A stretch of 64,000 nt of DNA from an uncultured Mycobacterium sp. (GTDB lineage: Bacteria; Actinomycetota; Actinomycetes; Mycobacteriales; Mycobacteriaceae): assembly GCA_964525125.1 (NCBI GenBank), contig CAZGGK010000012.1:16533-80532 (forward strand), given 5' to 3'. Made by a program: the position numbers and the translations under genes. Within the stretch, counting starts at the first letter, position 1; each line of letters starts with the position of its first letter. The notes beneath the pieces are model-generated. The model did not search any database, was not told where the DNA came from, and saw only the letters and a list, made by a program, of their open reading frames with translations. Of this stretch, positions 34,653 through 46,161 are shown one piece after another.

Positions 34653-35777
34653 TCAACGCTGCGCCAGCTCCTCCAGGCGCTGCACCGTGTCGATGAACTC
34701 GCTGACCATGTCGAGTACCACGGCCCGGGTCGGGCGCACCCTGTTCAGCGATCCGACGATCTGGCCGACGAAGTAGGTCGCCAGATCGCGGGCCCGGGTA
34801 TCCGGTTGGCCGGCAGCAGCATTGATGCGCAGCTGCGGTCCGGCGACCAGTGCGCTCTGCAGCGGCATGCCGAGCGGCGCCGGCGCCCCCGGCTCCTCCC
34901 ACTCGTCGGTCCAGGCGGTTCGCAGCATGCGCGCGGGCTTGCCGGTCAGCGAGCGCGAGCGCACCGTGTCCGACGAGGAGGCGGCCAGGAACTTGTCCCT
35001 GACCACCGACGGCGTCTCGGCTTCCTCGGTGGTCAGCCAGACCGAACCGCACCACACGCCTTCGGCGCCCAGGGCAAGTGCGGCCGCGACCTGCCGGCCC
35101 CGGCCGATCCCGCCGGCCGCCAGCACCGGCACCGCACCAACGGCGTCGACGATCTCGGGGACCAAGACCATGGTGGCCACCTCGCCGGTGTGCCCGCCGG
35201 CCTCGGTGCCCTGCGCGACGATCAGGTCGACCCCGGCGGCCACGTGCCGCAGCGCGTGCTCGGTGGTGCCGGCCAGCGCGGCCACCAGCACATCGTTGTC
35301 GTGCGCGCGGGCGACCAAGTCGGCCGGCGGCGGGCCGAGCGCACTGGCGATCAGCCGGATGTCGTGGGCGAATGCGACATCCAGCAGCGGCTGATAGCCC
35401 TTCGGCGACACGTTGAGCCCGGCGGTGGGCGGCAGCCCCAGGTCGCCACCCGAGGCGATGCCGTAGCGGTCGAGCAGGCCGTCGAGGAAGTCGCGGTGCT
35501 CCGCGGGCAGCAGGGCCCGGACCTGGCCGGCATCGATCCCGCCGGATTCCGCACCGACGTACTTGGGCGGAAGCAGCAGGTCGACACCGTACGGCCGCCC
35601 GCCGGTCTGCTCGGAGATCCAGGTCAGCTCGGCGTCCAGCCGCTTCGGGCTGTGTGCGACCGCTCCCAAGACGCCGAATCCCCCGGCATTGGTCACCGCC
35701 GCGACCACGTCCCGGCAATGGCTGAACGCGCAGATCGGAAACTCCACACCGAGCAGCTCGGCGACTTTGGTTCGCAT
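34653..35777 (-). CDS. Nitronate monooxygenase family protein (Rv1533-like)
   Basis: FPICAFSHC, QGTEAGGHTG, LAAGGIG, GVWCGS. Confidence 0.9.
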   Translation of the reverse strand: MRTKVAELLGVEFPICAFSHCRDVVAAVTNAGGFGVLGAVAHSPKRLDAELTWISEQTGGRPYGVDLLLPPKYVGAESGGIDAGQVRALLPAEHRDFLDGLLDRYGIASGGDLGLPPTAGLNVSPKGYQPLLDVAFAHDIRLIASALGPPPADLVARAHDNDVLVAALAGTTEHALRHVAAGVDLIVAQGTEAGGHTGEVATMVLVPEIVDAVGAVPVLAAGGIGRGRQVAAALALGAEGVWCGSVWLTTEEAETPSVVRDKFLAASSSDTVRSRSLTGKPARMLRTAWTDEWEEPGAPAPLGMPLQSALVAGPQLRINAAAGQPDTRARDLATYFVGQIVGSLNRVRPTRAVVLDMVSEFIDTVQRLEELAQR

Positions 35778-35842
35778 CGCACCGACGCTAGTGGGTCGCC
35801 GGGTCGTCTCGGCTGAGGACCCGCTCGGCGCGACTACGGCGC

Positions 35843-36310
35843 TCAGGCCTCCTGGCAGACCCACGAATCGGGGGTGAGGCCGGTCTTGATGAAATCGGCC
35901 AGCTCCGCGGACTGCTCCGGGGTCAGACCGGTGTCGGCGGCCGGATAGATGACCGGCTCCTCCTTCATGTTGTGCGCCTTCAACTGCGTCACCAGCTGCC
36001 CGCAGAGCTCCCGCAGCCGGTCGTGGTCGGCCGCGCCGGCCACTTCCTCGGCCAGGGCGTCCATGGTGTGCCATATCTCGCCGTGCTCGCGCATCATCAC
36101 GAACAGCGACATCACCAGGCCGCCGTGGCGGATCGGCGGGAACAGGATCCGCTCCTCCAGATAGATGTGCCGGCGCAGGAAGTCCAGCGTGGCGTTCAGC
36201 GCGTCGGCCGCCACCGTGCCGCCGTCCAGCTCCGCCAGGAACTCCTCGATTCCCGCGTCGATCTCCTGGTGCTCGCGCTCCAACGCGACTGACAGGGCTT
36301 CGTCGGGCAT
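35843..36310 (-). CDS. Hemerythrin-like protein
   Basis: H...HIYLEE...EH...HNMKEE di-iron pattern. Confidence 0.85.
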   Translation of the reverse strand: MPDEALSVALEREHQEIDAGIEEFLAELDGGTVAADALNATLDFLRRHIYLEERILFPPIRHGGLVMSLFVMMREHGEIWHTMDALAEEVAGAADHDRLRELCGQLVTQLKAHNMKEEPVIYPAADTGLTPEQSAELADFIKTGLTPDSWVCQEA

Positions 36311-36327
36311 AGCGGTCTCCGATCCGT

Positions 36328-36768
36328 TCAGGCCAGTTCGGCTTCGACGCTGATCTGGGCGCCGGCGAACAGCCGCGACACCGGGCACAGCGCGGCGGCG
36401 GCGTCGACGACCCCGGCGAAGCCGTCCGCGCTCAGCCCCGGGACCTGGGCGCGCACCCGCAGCGCCGAGGTGGTGATGGTGGGAACGCCGTCGACCGCGT
36501 CCAGGGTGACGGTGGCGGTCACGTCGAGACGCTGCGGCGGGGTGTTGTTCTCGCCGAGCTTGAGCGACAGGGCCATGGCGAAGCACGACGAGTGGGCCGC
36601 CGCGGCCAGTTCCTCAGGGCTGGTCTTGCCGCCGGGCTGTTCGGTGCGGGCCGCCCAGGTCACCGCCAGGCCGTCCAGCGCTCCGCTGCTCCCCTCACCC
36701 AGCGTGCCGGCGCCGGTTGCCAGCGCCCCCTCCCAGGTGGTCTGCGTGGTCCGCACCGCGATGCTCAT
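36328..36768 (-). CDS. osmC: OsmC family peroxiredoxin
   Basis: SPEEL..AHSSCFAMAL and CPVS two-Cys motifs. Confidence 0.9.
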   Translation of the reverse strand: MSIAVRTTQTTWEGALATGAGTLGEGSSGALDGLAVTWAARTEQPGGKTSPEELAAAAHSSCFAMALSLKLGENNTPPQRLDVTATVTLDAVDGVPTITTSALRVRAQVPGLSADGFAGVVDAAAALCPVSRLFAGAQISVEAELA

Positions 36769-36851
36769 CGTGATGACTCCTTCGGGTTATTTCTATGACT
36801 GAACTTGTTTAAACCCTAGACCATCGGCCTTCCCGCTGACCAGAGCAAGAC

Positions 36852-39737
36852 TCAGGGCGCGGGCTCACCGGCCGGCAGGCCGGCGACCGGTGCCGTCACC
36901 GGGTCGGCGGCGTCTGGGCGCCGTGCGACGACCGGGCGGGTGCGGACCTTCATCGGCCACCAGAACCAGCGCCCCAGCAGCGCGGCGACCGACGGCATCA
37001 GGAACGATCGGACCACCAGCGTGTCGAAGAGCAGACCCAGGCCGATCGTGGTGCCCACCTGGCCCACCATGCGCAAGTCGCTGACCACCATCGAGGCCAT
37101 CGTGAACGCGAACACCAGTCCCGCCGCGGTCACGACCTTGCCGGTGCCGCCCATCGCGCGGATGATCCCGGTCTTCAGCCCGCCGCCGATCTCCTCCTTG
37201 AATCGCGCGACCAGCAGCAGGTTGTAGTCGGAGCCCACCGCCAACAGGATGATCACCGACATGACCAGCACCAGCCAGTGCAACGGGAAACCGAGCAGGT
37301 ACTGCCAGAGCAGAACCGACAACCCGAACGACGCACCCAGGGACGCCACCACGGTTCCGACGATGACCAGCGCCGCGACGAAGCTGCGCGTGATGATCAG
37401 CATGATGACGAAGATGATGCACAGCGATGCGGTGCCGGCGATCAGCAGATCGTAGTCGGCGCCCTCCTGCAGATCCTTGAAGAGCGCGGCGGTGCCGGTC
37501 AGGTAGAGCTTGGCGCCGGCCAGCGGTGTCCCCTTGAGGGAACCCTGGGCGGCCTTCTTTATCGCGCCGATCCGCGCGATCCCCTCGGCGGTGGCCGGAT
37601 AGTCGTCGTGGGTGATGATGAAGCGCGCCGCATGACCGTCGGGCGACAGGAACAGGTCCACGACCCGCTGGAAAGCCGGGTTGTCGAACACCTCGCGCGG
37701 CAGGTAGAACGAGTCGTCGTTGCGCGCTGCGTCGAAGTCCCGGCCCATGGCCGCCGCGTCCCCACTCAGCTCCTCGACCTGCTCGATGATCCCCGACATC
37801 GTGCTGTAGGTGGTCAGCATCAAACCCCGCACCCCCTTGAGGGTGTCGATCTGGGCGGGCAGCAACGCCACCAGTTGCGGCATCACCGAGTCGATGTTGT
37901 CCAGGTCCGGGCCGAGTTCGTCGAGTTTCTCGGTGATCTTGTCCACCCCGTCCGACGCCTCGTAGGTGGATCTCAGCGCCCAGCAGATCGGGATGTCGAA
38001 GCAGTGCGCCTCCCAGTAGAAGTAATTGCGGAGCGGCCTGGCGAAATCGTCGACGTCGGCGATGTTGTCGCGCATCTGCCTGGTGATCTCCACCATTTCC
38101 TTGGTGCGGCCGACCACCCGGCCGGTGCTGTCGGTGAGCTGCCGCATGAGCCCATACGCACGCTCCATCGTCGTGATGGTTTCGGCGATCTCGTCGGCCT
38201 GCACCCGCATGTCGGTGACGCGGTCCTTGACGAACTTCAAGTTCTGTTTCTGGCCGGCGCCCTGCATGCTCAGCAGGAACGGTATCGACGTGTGTTCCAG
38301 GGGGGTGCCCTCGGGCCGGGTCACGCCCTGCACCAGGGCGATCCCCTCGACGGCGAACAGCGCCTTGGCGACCTTGTTCAACACCAGGAAATCAGCGGAG
38401 TTGCGCATGTCGTGATCGGACTCGATCATCAGCACCTCGGGCATCATCCGGGCCTCGGAGAAATGCCGCTGCGCCGCCAGCCACCCGACGTTGGCCGGCG
38501 TGTCCTGCGGTATGAACAGCCGGTCCTTGTAGCTGACCTGGTAACCCGGCAACGCCAGCAGGCCGACCAGTGCGATCGCGCAGGAGGCCAGGAAGATCGG
38601 CGCGGGCCAGCGCACGACGGCGGCGCCGACCCGGCGCCAGCCGCGAACCGACAGCACGCGCTTGGGCTCGAGCAGCCCGAACCGACCGGCCACGGTGAGG
38701 ACCGCCGGAACCAGCGTCAGCGCGACCGCGACCGCGACGAGCATGCCGATCGCGCACGGCGCGCCCATCGTCTGGAAGATCGGCAGCCGGGTGAAACTGA
38801 GGCAGTAGGTCGCTCCGGCGATGGTCAGACCGGAGGCCAGGATCACATGGGCCACCCCGCGGTAGGCGGTGTAGTAGGCCGTCTCGCGATCCTCCCCGGC
38901 CTGCCGCGCCTCGTGGTAGCGGCCGATGAAGAAGATCCCGTAGTCCGTGCCCGCGGCGATCGCCAGCGAGACCAGAATGCTGATCGCAAACGTGGAGAGC
39001 CGGATGATCTCGACATGGCCCAGGAAGGCGACGATGCCGCGGACCGCCGCCAGTTCCACCCCGACCATGGCCAGCAGCAGCACCACGGTGCCGATCGACC
39101 GGTATACCAACAGCAGCATGATGAAGATCACCGCGACCGTCGTCAGCAGGATCTTGACCGTCGCCGCGTCACCGCTGGCAGTCACATCGGCCATCAACGG
39201 TGTCGGGCCGGTGATGTAGGTGGTGACCCCGGCCGGGGAGGGCGTTCGCCGCACGATGTCGCGGATGGCCTCGACGGATTCGTTGGCCAGCGCCTCGCCC
39301 TGGTTTCCGGCGAGATTCAGCTGCACGTAGACGGCCTTGCCGTCCGGGCTCTGAGCCGCCGGCGCGGTCAGCGGATCGCCCCAGAAATCCTGGATGTGCT
39401 GGACGTGGGCGGTATCGGCGGCCAGTTGGTCGATCAGGCCCGCGTAGTAGCGGTGCGCGTCGTCGCCGAGGGGCTGGTCGCCCTCCAGCACGATCACCGC
39501 CACGCTGTCGCTGTTGGACTCCCCGAACACCTCGCCGATACGCGTCATCGCCTGCACCGACGGCGCCTCGGTGGCGCTCAGCGTTACCGCCCGCTCCCTG
39601 GTCACCTGTTCCAGCGCCGGAATAGCGGTGCTGACCAGCACCGTAAGGGCCAGCCAGCCGAGAATCACCGGCACCGCCAGCCGATGCACGGCTCTCGCCA
39701 GGAACATCCGGTCCCCGCCGCTATAGGGGGTGCTCAT
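36852..39737 (-). CDS. mmpL: MmpL (RND) lipid transporter, MmpL4/5 type
   Basis: AAGTDY and VGSDY proton-relay motifs, [23 protein letters not shown]. Confidence 0.95.
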   Translation of the reverse strand: MSTPYSGGDRMFLARAVHRLAVPVILGWLALTVLVSTAIPALEQVTRERAVTLSATEAPSVQAMTRIGEVFGESNSDSVAVIVLEGDQPLGDDAHRYYAGLIDQLAADTAHVQHIQDFWGDPLTAPAAQSPDGKAVYVQLNLAGNQGEALANESVEAIRDIVRRTPSPAGVTTYITGPTPLMADVTASGDAATVKILLTTVAVIFIMLLLVYRSIGTVVLLLAMVGVELAAVRGIVAFLGHVEIIRLSTFAISILVSLAIAAGTDYGIFFIGRYHEARQAGEDRETAYYTAYRGVAHVILASGLTIAGATYCLSFTRLPIFQTMGAPCAIGMLVAVAVALTLVPAVLTVAGRFGLLEPKRVLSVRGWRRVGAAVVRWPAPIFLASCAIALVGLLALPGYQVSYKDRLFIPQDTPANVGWLAAQRHFSEARMMPEVLMIESDHDMRNSADFLVLNKVAKALFAVEGIALVQGVTRPEGTPLEHTSIPFLLSMQGAGQKQNLKFVKDRVTDMRVQADEIAETITTMERAYGLMRQLTDSTGRVVGRTKEMVEITRQMRDNIADVDDFARPLRNYFYWEAHCFDIPICWALRSTYEASDGVDKITEKLDELGPDLDNIDSVMPQLVALLPAQIDTLKGVRGLMLTTYSTMSGIIEQVEELSGDAAAMGRDFDAARNDDSFYLPREVFDNPAFQRVVDLFLSPDGHAARFIITHDDYPATAEGIARIGAIKKAAQGSLKGTPLAGAKLYLTGTAALFKDLQEGADYDLLIAGTASLCIIFVIMLIITRSFVAALVIVGTVVASLGASFGLSVLLWQYLLGFPLHWLVLVMSVIILLAVGSDYNLLLVARFKEEIGGGLKTGIIRAMGGTGKVVTAAGLVFAFTMASMVVSDLRMVGQVGTTIGLGLLFDTLVVRSFLMPSVAALLGRWFWWPMKVRTRPVVARRPDAADPVTAPVAGLPAGEPAP

Positions 39738-40180
39738 GCGCCCTTCGCCAGACAGTGCGTGTAGGCGCTCACTTCATTCGAGATTCGCTCCGCCCGGACG
39801 GCGCCGTCGACCACGATGCGGCAGCCGATGCTGTCGCCGTCGCCCTGTGCGACGACATCGGCGATGACGGACGTGGAGTTGACCGTCATGGTCAACGACC
39901 AGGGCAGCCGCGCCCCGTCGACCTGCTGCGGTTCGGAGTTGACGTCGAAATAGCTGATGTCCGCGGTGGCGCCGGCCGGACCGAAGACCTGGTACAGCAC
40001 CTGCTTGGCGTTGAACGGCTCGGTCCCCGCGCTCGGGCCACCGGTGGCCGCGGGGACCTTCGGATGATTCTCGGCAGCCAAGACACCGTGGATCCGTGAC
40101 ACGACGAATGCCTCGCAACCGACCACCAGCAAGACGACCAGCGGTATCCACACCCGCCCCAGAAGCCTGACGATCGCCAT
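39734..40180 (-). CDS. mmpS: MmpS accessory protein
   Basis: WIPLVV anchor, [21 protein letters not shown], terminal C; ATGA overlap with mmpL. Confidence 0.92.
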   Translation of the reverse strand: MAIVRLLGRVWIPLVVLLVVGCEAFVVSRIHGVLAAENHPKVPAATGGPSAGTEPFNAKQVLYQVFGPAGATADISYFDVNSEPQQVDGARLPWSLTMTVNSTSVIADVVAQGDGDSIGCRIVVDGAVRAERISNEVSAYTHCLAKGA

Positions 40181-40265
40181 CCCCGTCACCCGTCCCAACT
40201 GCTCAGCGATGACGAGTAAACCACGGCGCGACGCCGAACGAGCGGCGACTTCGCCATCACCGACA

Positions 40266-41753
40266 TCACGCCATCGCGTAGTCCGTCAACGGGAAGCTCT
40301 CCTGCTCCTTGACGGCGCTTCGCACCGACGTCGGCCGGAAAAGCGGCGCTTCCCCGGTGTTGGGGTTGAACCAGTACGAGTTCGAGGTCGCGCAGTTGCC
40401 CAGGCGGAACACCGATTCGTCGAGCAGCTTGTTCATCCGGTCCAGGAAGCGGGCATTGGCGTCTTCGGTGACCTCGAAAGTGCGGGCGCCGCGCCGCTGC
40501 ATCTCGCCGAACAGCCGGTTCATGTGCCGCATCTGGTACTCCACCGTGTTGAACCAGCACAGCCCCACCCAGGCGAACGGGCTGGCCATGTTCAGGAAAT
40601 TCGGGAAGTGCGGCACCGAGATGCCCTGATACGCCTGGAATCCGGCCTCGCGCCACCACTTCCCGAGGTTGCGGCCCTCCCGGCCGATCACCTCGACCGC
40701 CGGCAGGTTGTTCTCCCAGACGTCGTAGCCGGTCGCCAGCACCAGGGTGTCGACGATCCGCTTGCTGCCGTCGCGCGCGACGATGCCGTCGGGCTCGATC
40801 CGCTCGATGCCGCTGGTCTCCAGGTGCACGTGCGGCTTGGCGAACGTCGAGTAGTAGTCGTTCGAGATCGTCGGGCGCTTGCAGCCGAAGTCGAAATCCG
40901 GCTTGAGCTTGCGGGCCAGCTCCCGGTCGCGCACCGACAGCACCCGATGCAGGCTGGACAGCGCCGACATCGTCTTGTTGACCAGCTTGAACCGGTTGTA
41001 GTGCCACATGGTGATGACCATCATCACGCCGGTGACGGTGTCGGTGAGGTGGCGCACCATGCGCTGGGTGAACGGCACCCTGGCGAACAGCCGCTGCACC
41101 ACCGGCGGGAAGACCACGTCGGACTTGGGCGTCACCAGGATCGGCGTGCGCTGGTACACGGTGAGTTCGGCCACTTCTTTGGCCAGTTCGGGGATGACCT
41201 GGATGCCGGTGGAACCGGTTCCGATGACGGCAGCCCGGCGCCCGGCCATCGAGTAGTCGTGGTCCCAGGCCGCGGTGTGGATGCTGCGCCCGGCGAAAGT
41301 GTCGATGCCCGGGATGTCCGGGGTCTTTGGCAGGCACAGGAAGCCGGTGGCGACGATGAGGAACTGCGCGCTGAGCGTCTCGCCACCGGCCAGTGCGACC
41401 CGCCACACCTCGGCGTCCTCGTCCCACCGGGTGCCCTCCACGCTGGTGTTGAACCGCATGTGCCGGCGCACGTCGTACTTGTCGGCCACATGCTCGGCGT
41501 AGCGCTTCAGTTCGCGACCCGGGGCGAACAGCCGCGACCAGTACGGGTTGGGCTCGAACCAGTAGGAGAACGTCGTCGACGGCTGATCGACCGACAGGCC
41601 CGGATAGTCGTTGACGTGCCAGGTCCCGCCGAGGTCGTCCAGCCGGTCGACGATCAGGATCTTTTCGTAGCCCAGGCGCTTGAGCGCGATGGCCGCGCCC
41701 ATACCACCGAAACCCGCCCCCACGATGATGACGTCGAAGTGCTGCTCGTCCAT
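40266..41753 (-). CDS. Flavin-containing type I Baeyer-Villiger monooxygenase
   Basis: GAGFGG, GGTW..N.YPG, fingerprint [22 protein letters not shown]. Confidence 0.88.
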   Translation of the reverse strand: MDEQHFDVIIVGAGFGGMGAAIALKRLGYEKILIVDRLDDLGGTWHVNDYPGLSVDQPSTTFSYWFEPNPYWSRLFAPGRELKRYAEHVADKYDVRRHMRFNTSVEGTRWDEDAEVWRVALAGGETLSAQFLIVATGFLCLPKTPDIPGIDTFAGRSIHTAAWDHDYSMAGRRAAVIGTGSTGIQVIPELAKEVAELTVYQRTPILVTPKSDVVFPPVVQRLFARVPFTQRMVRHLTDTVTGVMMVITMWHYNRFKLVNKTMSALSSLHRVLSVRDRELARKLKPDFDFGCKRPTISNDYYSTFAKPHVHLETSGIERIEPDGIVARDGSKRIVDTLVLATGYDVWENNLPAVEVIGREGRNLGKWWREAGFQAYQGISVPHFPNFLNMASPFAWVGLCWFNTVEYQMRHMNRLFGEMQRRGARTFEVTEDANARFLDRMNKLLDESVFRLGNCATSNSYWFNPNTGEAPLFRPTSVRSAVKEQESFPLTDYAMA

Positions 41754-41853
41754 AACCAGTAGACGTTACCCGCCGGAACGGGTACCTACCACACGAGCGG
41801 CGGCGGCAAGGCCAGCACCAGCGCGACCGGAAAAGCTGTGCGATACTCCCAGG

Positions 41854-42690
41854 ATGGTTCGCAGCCCGATCCGGTCGGAGACCCTGGACAAGCTCGGCGT
41901 CAACCTCGTCTACCGGATAGGGTCCACCGCCGTCTTCAAGAAGATCTTCAAGTACTGGTACCCCTACATGACCCGGCGCATGGGCAAGGACGACGTCGTC
42001 TTCCTGAACTGGGGCTACGAGGAGGACCCGCCGCTGGGCATCCCGCTGGACGAGGCCGACGAGCCCAACCGGTACTCGATCCAGCTGTACCACCAGACCG
42101 CGACCCAGGTCGATCTGGCCGGCAAGAAGGTGCTGGAGGTCAGTTGCGGCCACGGCGGCGGTGCCTCGTACCTGACGCGGACGCTGCATCCGGCCTCCTA
42201 CACCGCACTCGACTTCAACTCCGAGGGCGTCGAGTTCTGCAAGAAGCGGCACAACCTGCCCGGCTTGGACTTCGTCCAGGGCGACGCCCAGAACATGCCG
42301 TTCCCCGACGAGTCGTTCGACGCGGTGATCAATGTCGAGGCCTCGCACATCTACCCCGACTTCGACCGCTTCATCTCCGAGGTGGCCCGGGTGCTGCGCC
42401 CCGGTGGGCACTTCCTGCACACCGATTTCCGCAACAGCGAGGGCGTCGCCGAATGGGATGCGCTGGCAAGACCGCCGCTCAAGGTGGTCTCCCAGCGGAT
42501 CATCAGCCAGGAGGTGCTGCGCGGTCTGCGCGAGAACTCACCGCGGTCCAACGAATTGATCAACAGCCACCTGCCGGCGGTGCTGCGCCGCTTCGGCCGG
42601 GAATTCGCGGTGGTGGACGGCTCGTGGTTCTACCACGACCTGGAACGCGGCGAGATCACCTACCGGATCTACCACGCCGTCAAGGACTGA
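41854..42690 (+). CDS. Phthiotriol/phenolphthiotriol-type O-methyltransferase (Rv2952/Rv1523-like)
   Basis: [48 protein letters not shown]. Confidence 0.88.
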   Translation: MVRSPIRSETLDKLGVNLVYRIGSTAVFKKIFKYWYPYMTRRMGKDDVVFLNWGYEEDPPLGIPLDEADEPNRYSIQLYHQTATQVDLAGKKVLEVSCGHGGGASYLTRTLHPASYTALDFNSEGVEFCKKRHNLPGLDFVQGDAQNMPFPDESFDAVINVEASHIYPDFDRFISEVARVLRPGGHFLHTDFRNSEGVAEWDALARPPLKVVSQRIISQEVLRGLRENSPRSNELINSHLPAVLRRFGREFAVVDGSWFYHDLERGEITYRIYHAVKD

Positions 42691-42724
42691 CCCGGCCCCC
42701 GCTGACCGCCGGCCCGGCGGGACG

Positions 42725-43510
42725 CTAGAGCCCGTGCGTGCCGAGCCAGCCGTGGATGTGTTCGGCGACGGCGGCCCAGCCCGGCTCGACCATCATGTTG
42801 TGGCCCATGTCGGGAAAGAACACCGCCTCGGTGTGGTAGGCACGCGCCGTGGCAAGCACCTCTTTGCGGGTGTGCGCCCCGTCGTCCTCGGCGCCCAGGA
42901 CGAGCACCGGCGCCGTGCCGCGCTGCGGTCGCCGGCGCCCGAGCAGCAGGCAGTCCAGGCCGACCCGCACGCTCTCCCGCTGCAGTCGCGCCGCGTAGGC
43001 CACCACGTCGGACTCGGGGGTGTGCGCGGAGAAGAACCGCTCCCGCGCCAGTTGCGGGGTGTTGACGTAGGGCAGCGAATCACCGCTGACGAGCATCTTG
43101 GCGAAGTGCACCGGATGTTGGCGCAGCCAGCGCAACCCGGATCCGAGGTTGCCCTGCGGCGGCATCGAGGACATCAGGACAGCGGCCGGGGCATCGTGTG
43201 CCCGCAGGTACTGCTGCACGAAGAAGCCGCCCATGGAATGACCGATGACGACCGGTGCGGTGGGCAGACCGCCGGCGACCTCGCTGATGTCGGCCACGTA
43301 GTCGGCGACCGAGCAGTCGCGCAGCGGCTCGGCGGTCGGGCTGTTGCCGTGGCCGCGCAGGCTCAGCGCGAGCGCGCGGTAGCCCCGATCGGCGAAGTAC
43401 CCGAGGAAATGCTCATCCCAGCACCAGGCAGCGTGCCAGGCTCCGTGCACGAAAAGCAGTGGCGCGGAATGGGATTCGGTAACCCTCCCCCGGTCGATCA
43501 CCTCGAGCAC
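42725..43510 (-). CDS. Alpha/beta hydrolase
   Basis: FVHGAWH, GHSMGG, GHNMM. Confidence 0.88.
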   Translation of the reverse strand: MLEVIDRGRVTESHSAPLLFVHGAWHAAWCWDEHFLGYFADRGYRALALSLRGHGNSPTAEPLRDCSVADYVADISEVAGGLPTAPVVIGHSMGGFFVQQYLRAHDAPAAVLMSSMPPQGNLGSGLRWLRQHPVHFAKMLVSGDSLPYVNTPQLARERFFSAHTPESDVVAYAARLQRESVRVGLDCLLLGRRRPQRGTAPVLVLGAEDDGAHTRKEVLATARAYHTEAVFFPDMGHNMMVEPGWAAVAEHIHGWLGTHGL

Positions 43511-43761
43511 GGCACCCCCGGCGGGAAGTCGCCGTGGACCGCTGCACCGGACCGGGTCCCCGACGACAAAAGCCCGGTTCCGTGCTGGCTGGGCAATCTG
43601 GGACTCCTGTCTGCCGCGGCGCGGATTCGGCTGTGCAGCCATCGCAACGTATCACGCACGGGCGGCAGTCCCCGCCGGACACCGGGGTGCGTAAGTTAGC
43701 TTCCACGGCGATCCGCCCGGAGCGCGGATCGCTGCGTCACCACCGCATCGAGGAGCCAGAT

Positions 43762-44604
43762 TTGACGAAGCCCAATCCGGTTGCCCTGGTCACCGGGGCG
43801 ACCAGCGGGATCGGCGAGGCCACCGCCCACCGCCTGCACGACCTGGGGTATGTGGTGTTCGCGGTGGGCCGCGATCCGGCGGCACTGGAGGCACTGCGGT
43901 CGCGGGGGCTGCAGGCCCGCGCCGTGGACGTCAACGACGTGGCCGGGGTGGACCGGCTGACCGAGGAGATCCGCTCGGAGTTCGGCCGGGTCGACGTGCT
44001 CGTCAACAACGCAGGCTTCGGGTTGTCCAGCCCGCTGGAGCAGGTGGCGCTGGGCGATCTGCGGGCGATTTTCGAGACCAACGTGGTCGCGATGCTGCAC
44101 CTGTGCCAGGCGGTGCTACCGATCATGCGGGTCCAGGGTGCGGGCACCATCGTCAACATGGGTAGCACCGCCGGGCGGATGACCACCCCGGGAGCGGGCG
44201 CCTACCACATCACCAAATACGGCGTCGAGGCACTCTCCCATGCCCTGCGCGCCGAGGTGCAGCCATTCGGGGTGCGGGTCGTGGTGATCGAGCCCACCGG
44301 TGTGCGCAACACCAAGTTCATCGCGGGCCGATCCGGGGCCAGCCCGGCCGATGCCGCCGACGACCCGTACCGCGCTTTCAAGTCCCGCTACACCGAACTC
44401 ACCGACAGGCTGGCCGAATCGCGCCTGCTGACCGTGGACGCCGACGCCGTCGCCCGCGTGATCATCCGGGCGGTACGGGCCGGACATCCCAGGACGCGGT
44501 ACGTCGTGGGGGCGTCCGGCCGGGCATCGATGCTCGCCCACTCGTTGCTGCCCGACCGGCTGTGGGACCGCATCCTGATGCGGGGCCTGAGCGGGCGGGG
44601 CTGA
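43762..44604 (+). CDS. SDR family oxidoreductase
   Basis: TGATSGIG, NNAG, YHITK, IEP; TTG start after GAGGAG. Confidence 0.9.
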   Translation: MTKPNPVALVTGATSGIGEATAHRLHDLGYVVFAVGRDPAALEALRSRGLQARAVDVNDVAGVDRLTEEIRSEFGRVDVLVNNAGFGLSSPLEQVALGDLRAIFETNVVAMLHLCQAVLPIMRVQGAGTIVNMGSTAGRMTTPGAGAYHITKYGVEALSHALRAEVQPFGVRVVVIEPTGVRNTKFIAGRSGASPADAADDPYRAFKSRYTELTDRLAESRLLTVDADAVARVIIRAVRAGHPRTRYVVGASGRASMLAHSLLPDRLWDRILMRGLSGRG

Positions 44605-44617
44605 ACGGCACCGGCCG

Positions 44618-45946
44618 CTACGCCGGCGGGAAGAACAGGTCCCACAGCGCGACGTAGTCGAACGGGCCCAGGATTCCGGAGTTGTCGAGGAGCGACTGCG
44701 TGAACTCGCCGAAGTTCGCCGCCACCCAGCCGTTGACTTCGGCCAGGGTGGGCAGGAAGGCGCTGGTGTCTATCGCCGGATCCGGCGGCAGGTCGTTGGC
44801 GTACGGCGGCTGCAGTTCGTTGCTGAAGTCGGTGAAGACCGTCTGCTGACGCCACGCCCAGGTCAGGTAGTCGACGATTTCGGGTGTCGAGACGTTGGCG
44901 GTGCCGTTGTCATACATCGTCAGCCACGTCTCGAGCGACGTGTTGCCGGGCCAGAGTTTGTCGATGGCGCTGATCACCGCGTGGTACAACTGCTCGTCGC
45001 CGGGTAGCACGCACGGCCCGGGGCAGAGCGGGCTGCCGGTCACGAACGGGTTGAAGTCCAGGAAGGCCCCGGCCGCCAGGGCCTGCACCACCCTGGCGAA
45101 CTCCACCAGGTCGGGCAGGTGGAAATTGTTGACGTCGAAGGGTTCCTGCAGGCTGTTGCCGAAGTTCTGGAACGGAGCGACCGGGTCCAGTTTGAAATGG
45201 GTTCCGGCCCACGGCATCAGGTACTGCACGGTACCGTCCTCGGCGGTGCCGGTCTGGGTGCCCGGCCAGGGGAAACCCGGGTACGAATACGCCGGGCCGC
45301 TGGCGATGCTGCCCGGCGCGGCTGGGTCGAAGTAGTACCCGTCCCCGGTGGTCACCGCCGACAGCGGTACCTGGAACCAGTTGTCGATGACCGGCATCTT
45401 CTGCACGAAGGTGGCGATCATCGCGGTCCAGAGGAACTGGTCGACCCAGGTCAGGCCGGTGATCGGGCTGGTCGGGATCATCGGCAGGCAGTCGAAGGTC
45501 GCGCAGCTCGGATTCGCCGGAATCTCGACGGCCGCCAGCCCGGCCAGTTGTTGGCCCAGGCCCGGATATGTCAGGTCGTCTTCATGCCCGGCACCCGACA
45601 GCGCCGGGAACGGCACGGCCAATTGCAGCAGCGATTCGAAATGCCCGGGGTCCCCGGGGTCCTCACCCCAGACGTTGGTCGGGCTGCCGACGAACCACGG
45701 CCCGGTGAACAGCAACGACTGCGCCATCAGGTTCAGTGCCTGGACCTCGTAGTACGGCACGTTGACGATGTTCTGGACCAGGTTCAGCGGGACATTGAGC
45801 AGCGATTCGCCGGCGGTGAGCACGGTCGACAGCTGTGTTGCGTCAACCGCGCCAGGGCGCGGTGCGACCGGTGGGCTGACCGCGGTGGCGCCGGCGATGG
45901 TGAGTGCGAGCCCCGCCGTGAGATACGGGCGCAGCGCAGCGGGCAT
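44618..45946 (-). CDS. Uncharacterised secreted protein, paralogue 1
   Basis: Signal-like N-terminus; TNVWGEDPGDPGHF; CxxxxC and CxxxC pairs shared with neighbours. Confidence 0.85.
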   Translation of the reverse strand: MPAALRPYLTAGLALTIAGATAVSPPVAPRPGAVDATQLSTVLTAGESLLNVPLNLVQNIVNVPYYEVQALNLMAQSLLFTGPWFVGSPTNVWGEDPGDPGHFESLLQLAVPFPALSGAGHEDDLTYPGLGQQLAGLAAVEIPANPSCATFDCLPMIPTSPITGLTWVDQFLWTAMIATFVQKMPVIDNWFQVPLSAVTTGDGYYFDPAAPGSIASGPAYSYPGFPWPGTQTGTAEDGTVQYLMPWAGTHFKLDPVAPFQNFGNSLQEPFDVNNFHLPDLVEFARVVQALAAGAFLDFNPFVTGSPLCPGPCVLPGDEQLYHAVISAIDKLWPGNTSLETWLTMYDNGTANVSTPEIVDYLTWAWRQQTVFTDFSNELQPPYANDLPPDPAIDTSAFLPTLAEVNGWVAANFGEFTQSLLDNSGILGPFDYVALWDLFFPPA

Positions 45947-46114
45947 TACTTTCCCCTCCCGAACGGTGCGGCTGCGACGAACCTACCCAAGGACGACCGC
46001 AAGCGACAACTTGGAGCGGTGCCCGCCGTCAACCGCACGAATGATGTTCGGCGACCCTCCCATGACGCCGATACCGATGCGAAGTGTAACCGATCGGCCG
46101 GTGCCCGGCCCATG

Positions 46115-46161
46115 CCGGAAACCGGCCGGAAGCCCGTCCGGGAACCCGCCCGGGAGCCCGG
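46115..46161. repeat. Degenerate 11-12 bp tandem repeat (4 units, CCGGRARCCCGN)
   Basis: ccggaaaccgg ccggaagcccgt ccgggaacccgc ccgggagcccgg directly after the paralogue 2 stop. Confidence 0.55.

Noticed and set aside
36798..36815. TGAACTTGTTTA as a second BioQ site
   Set aside because: Wrong spacing, mismatched half-site and no biotin-related gene nearby.
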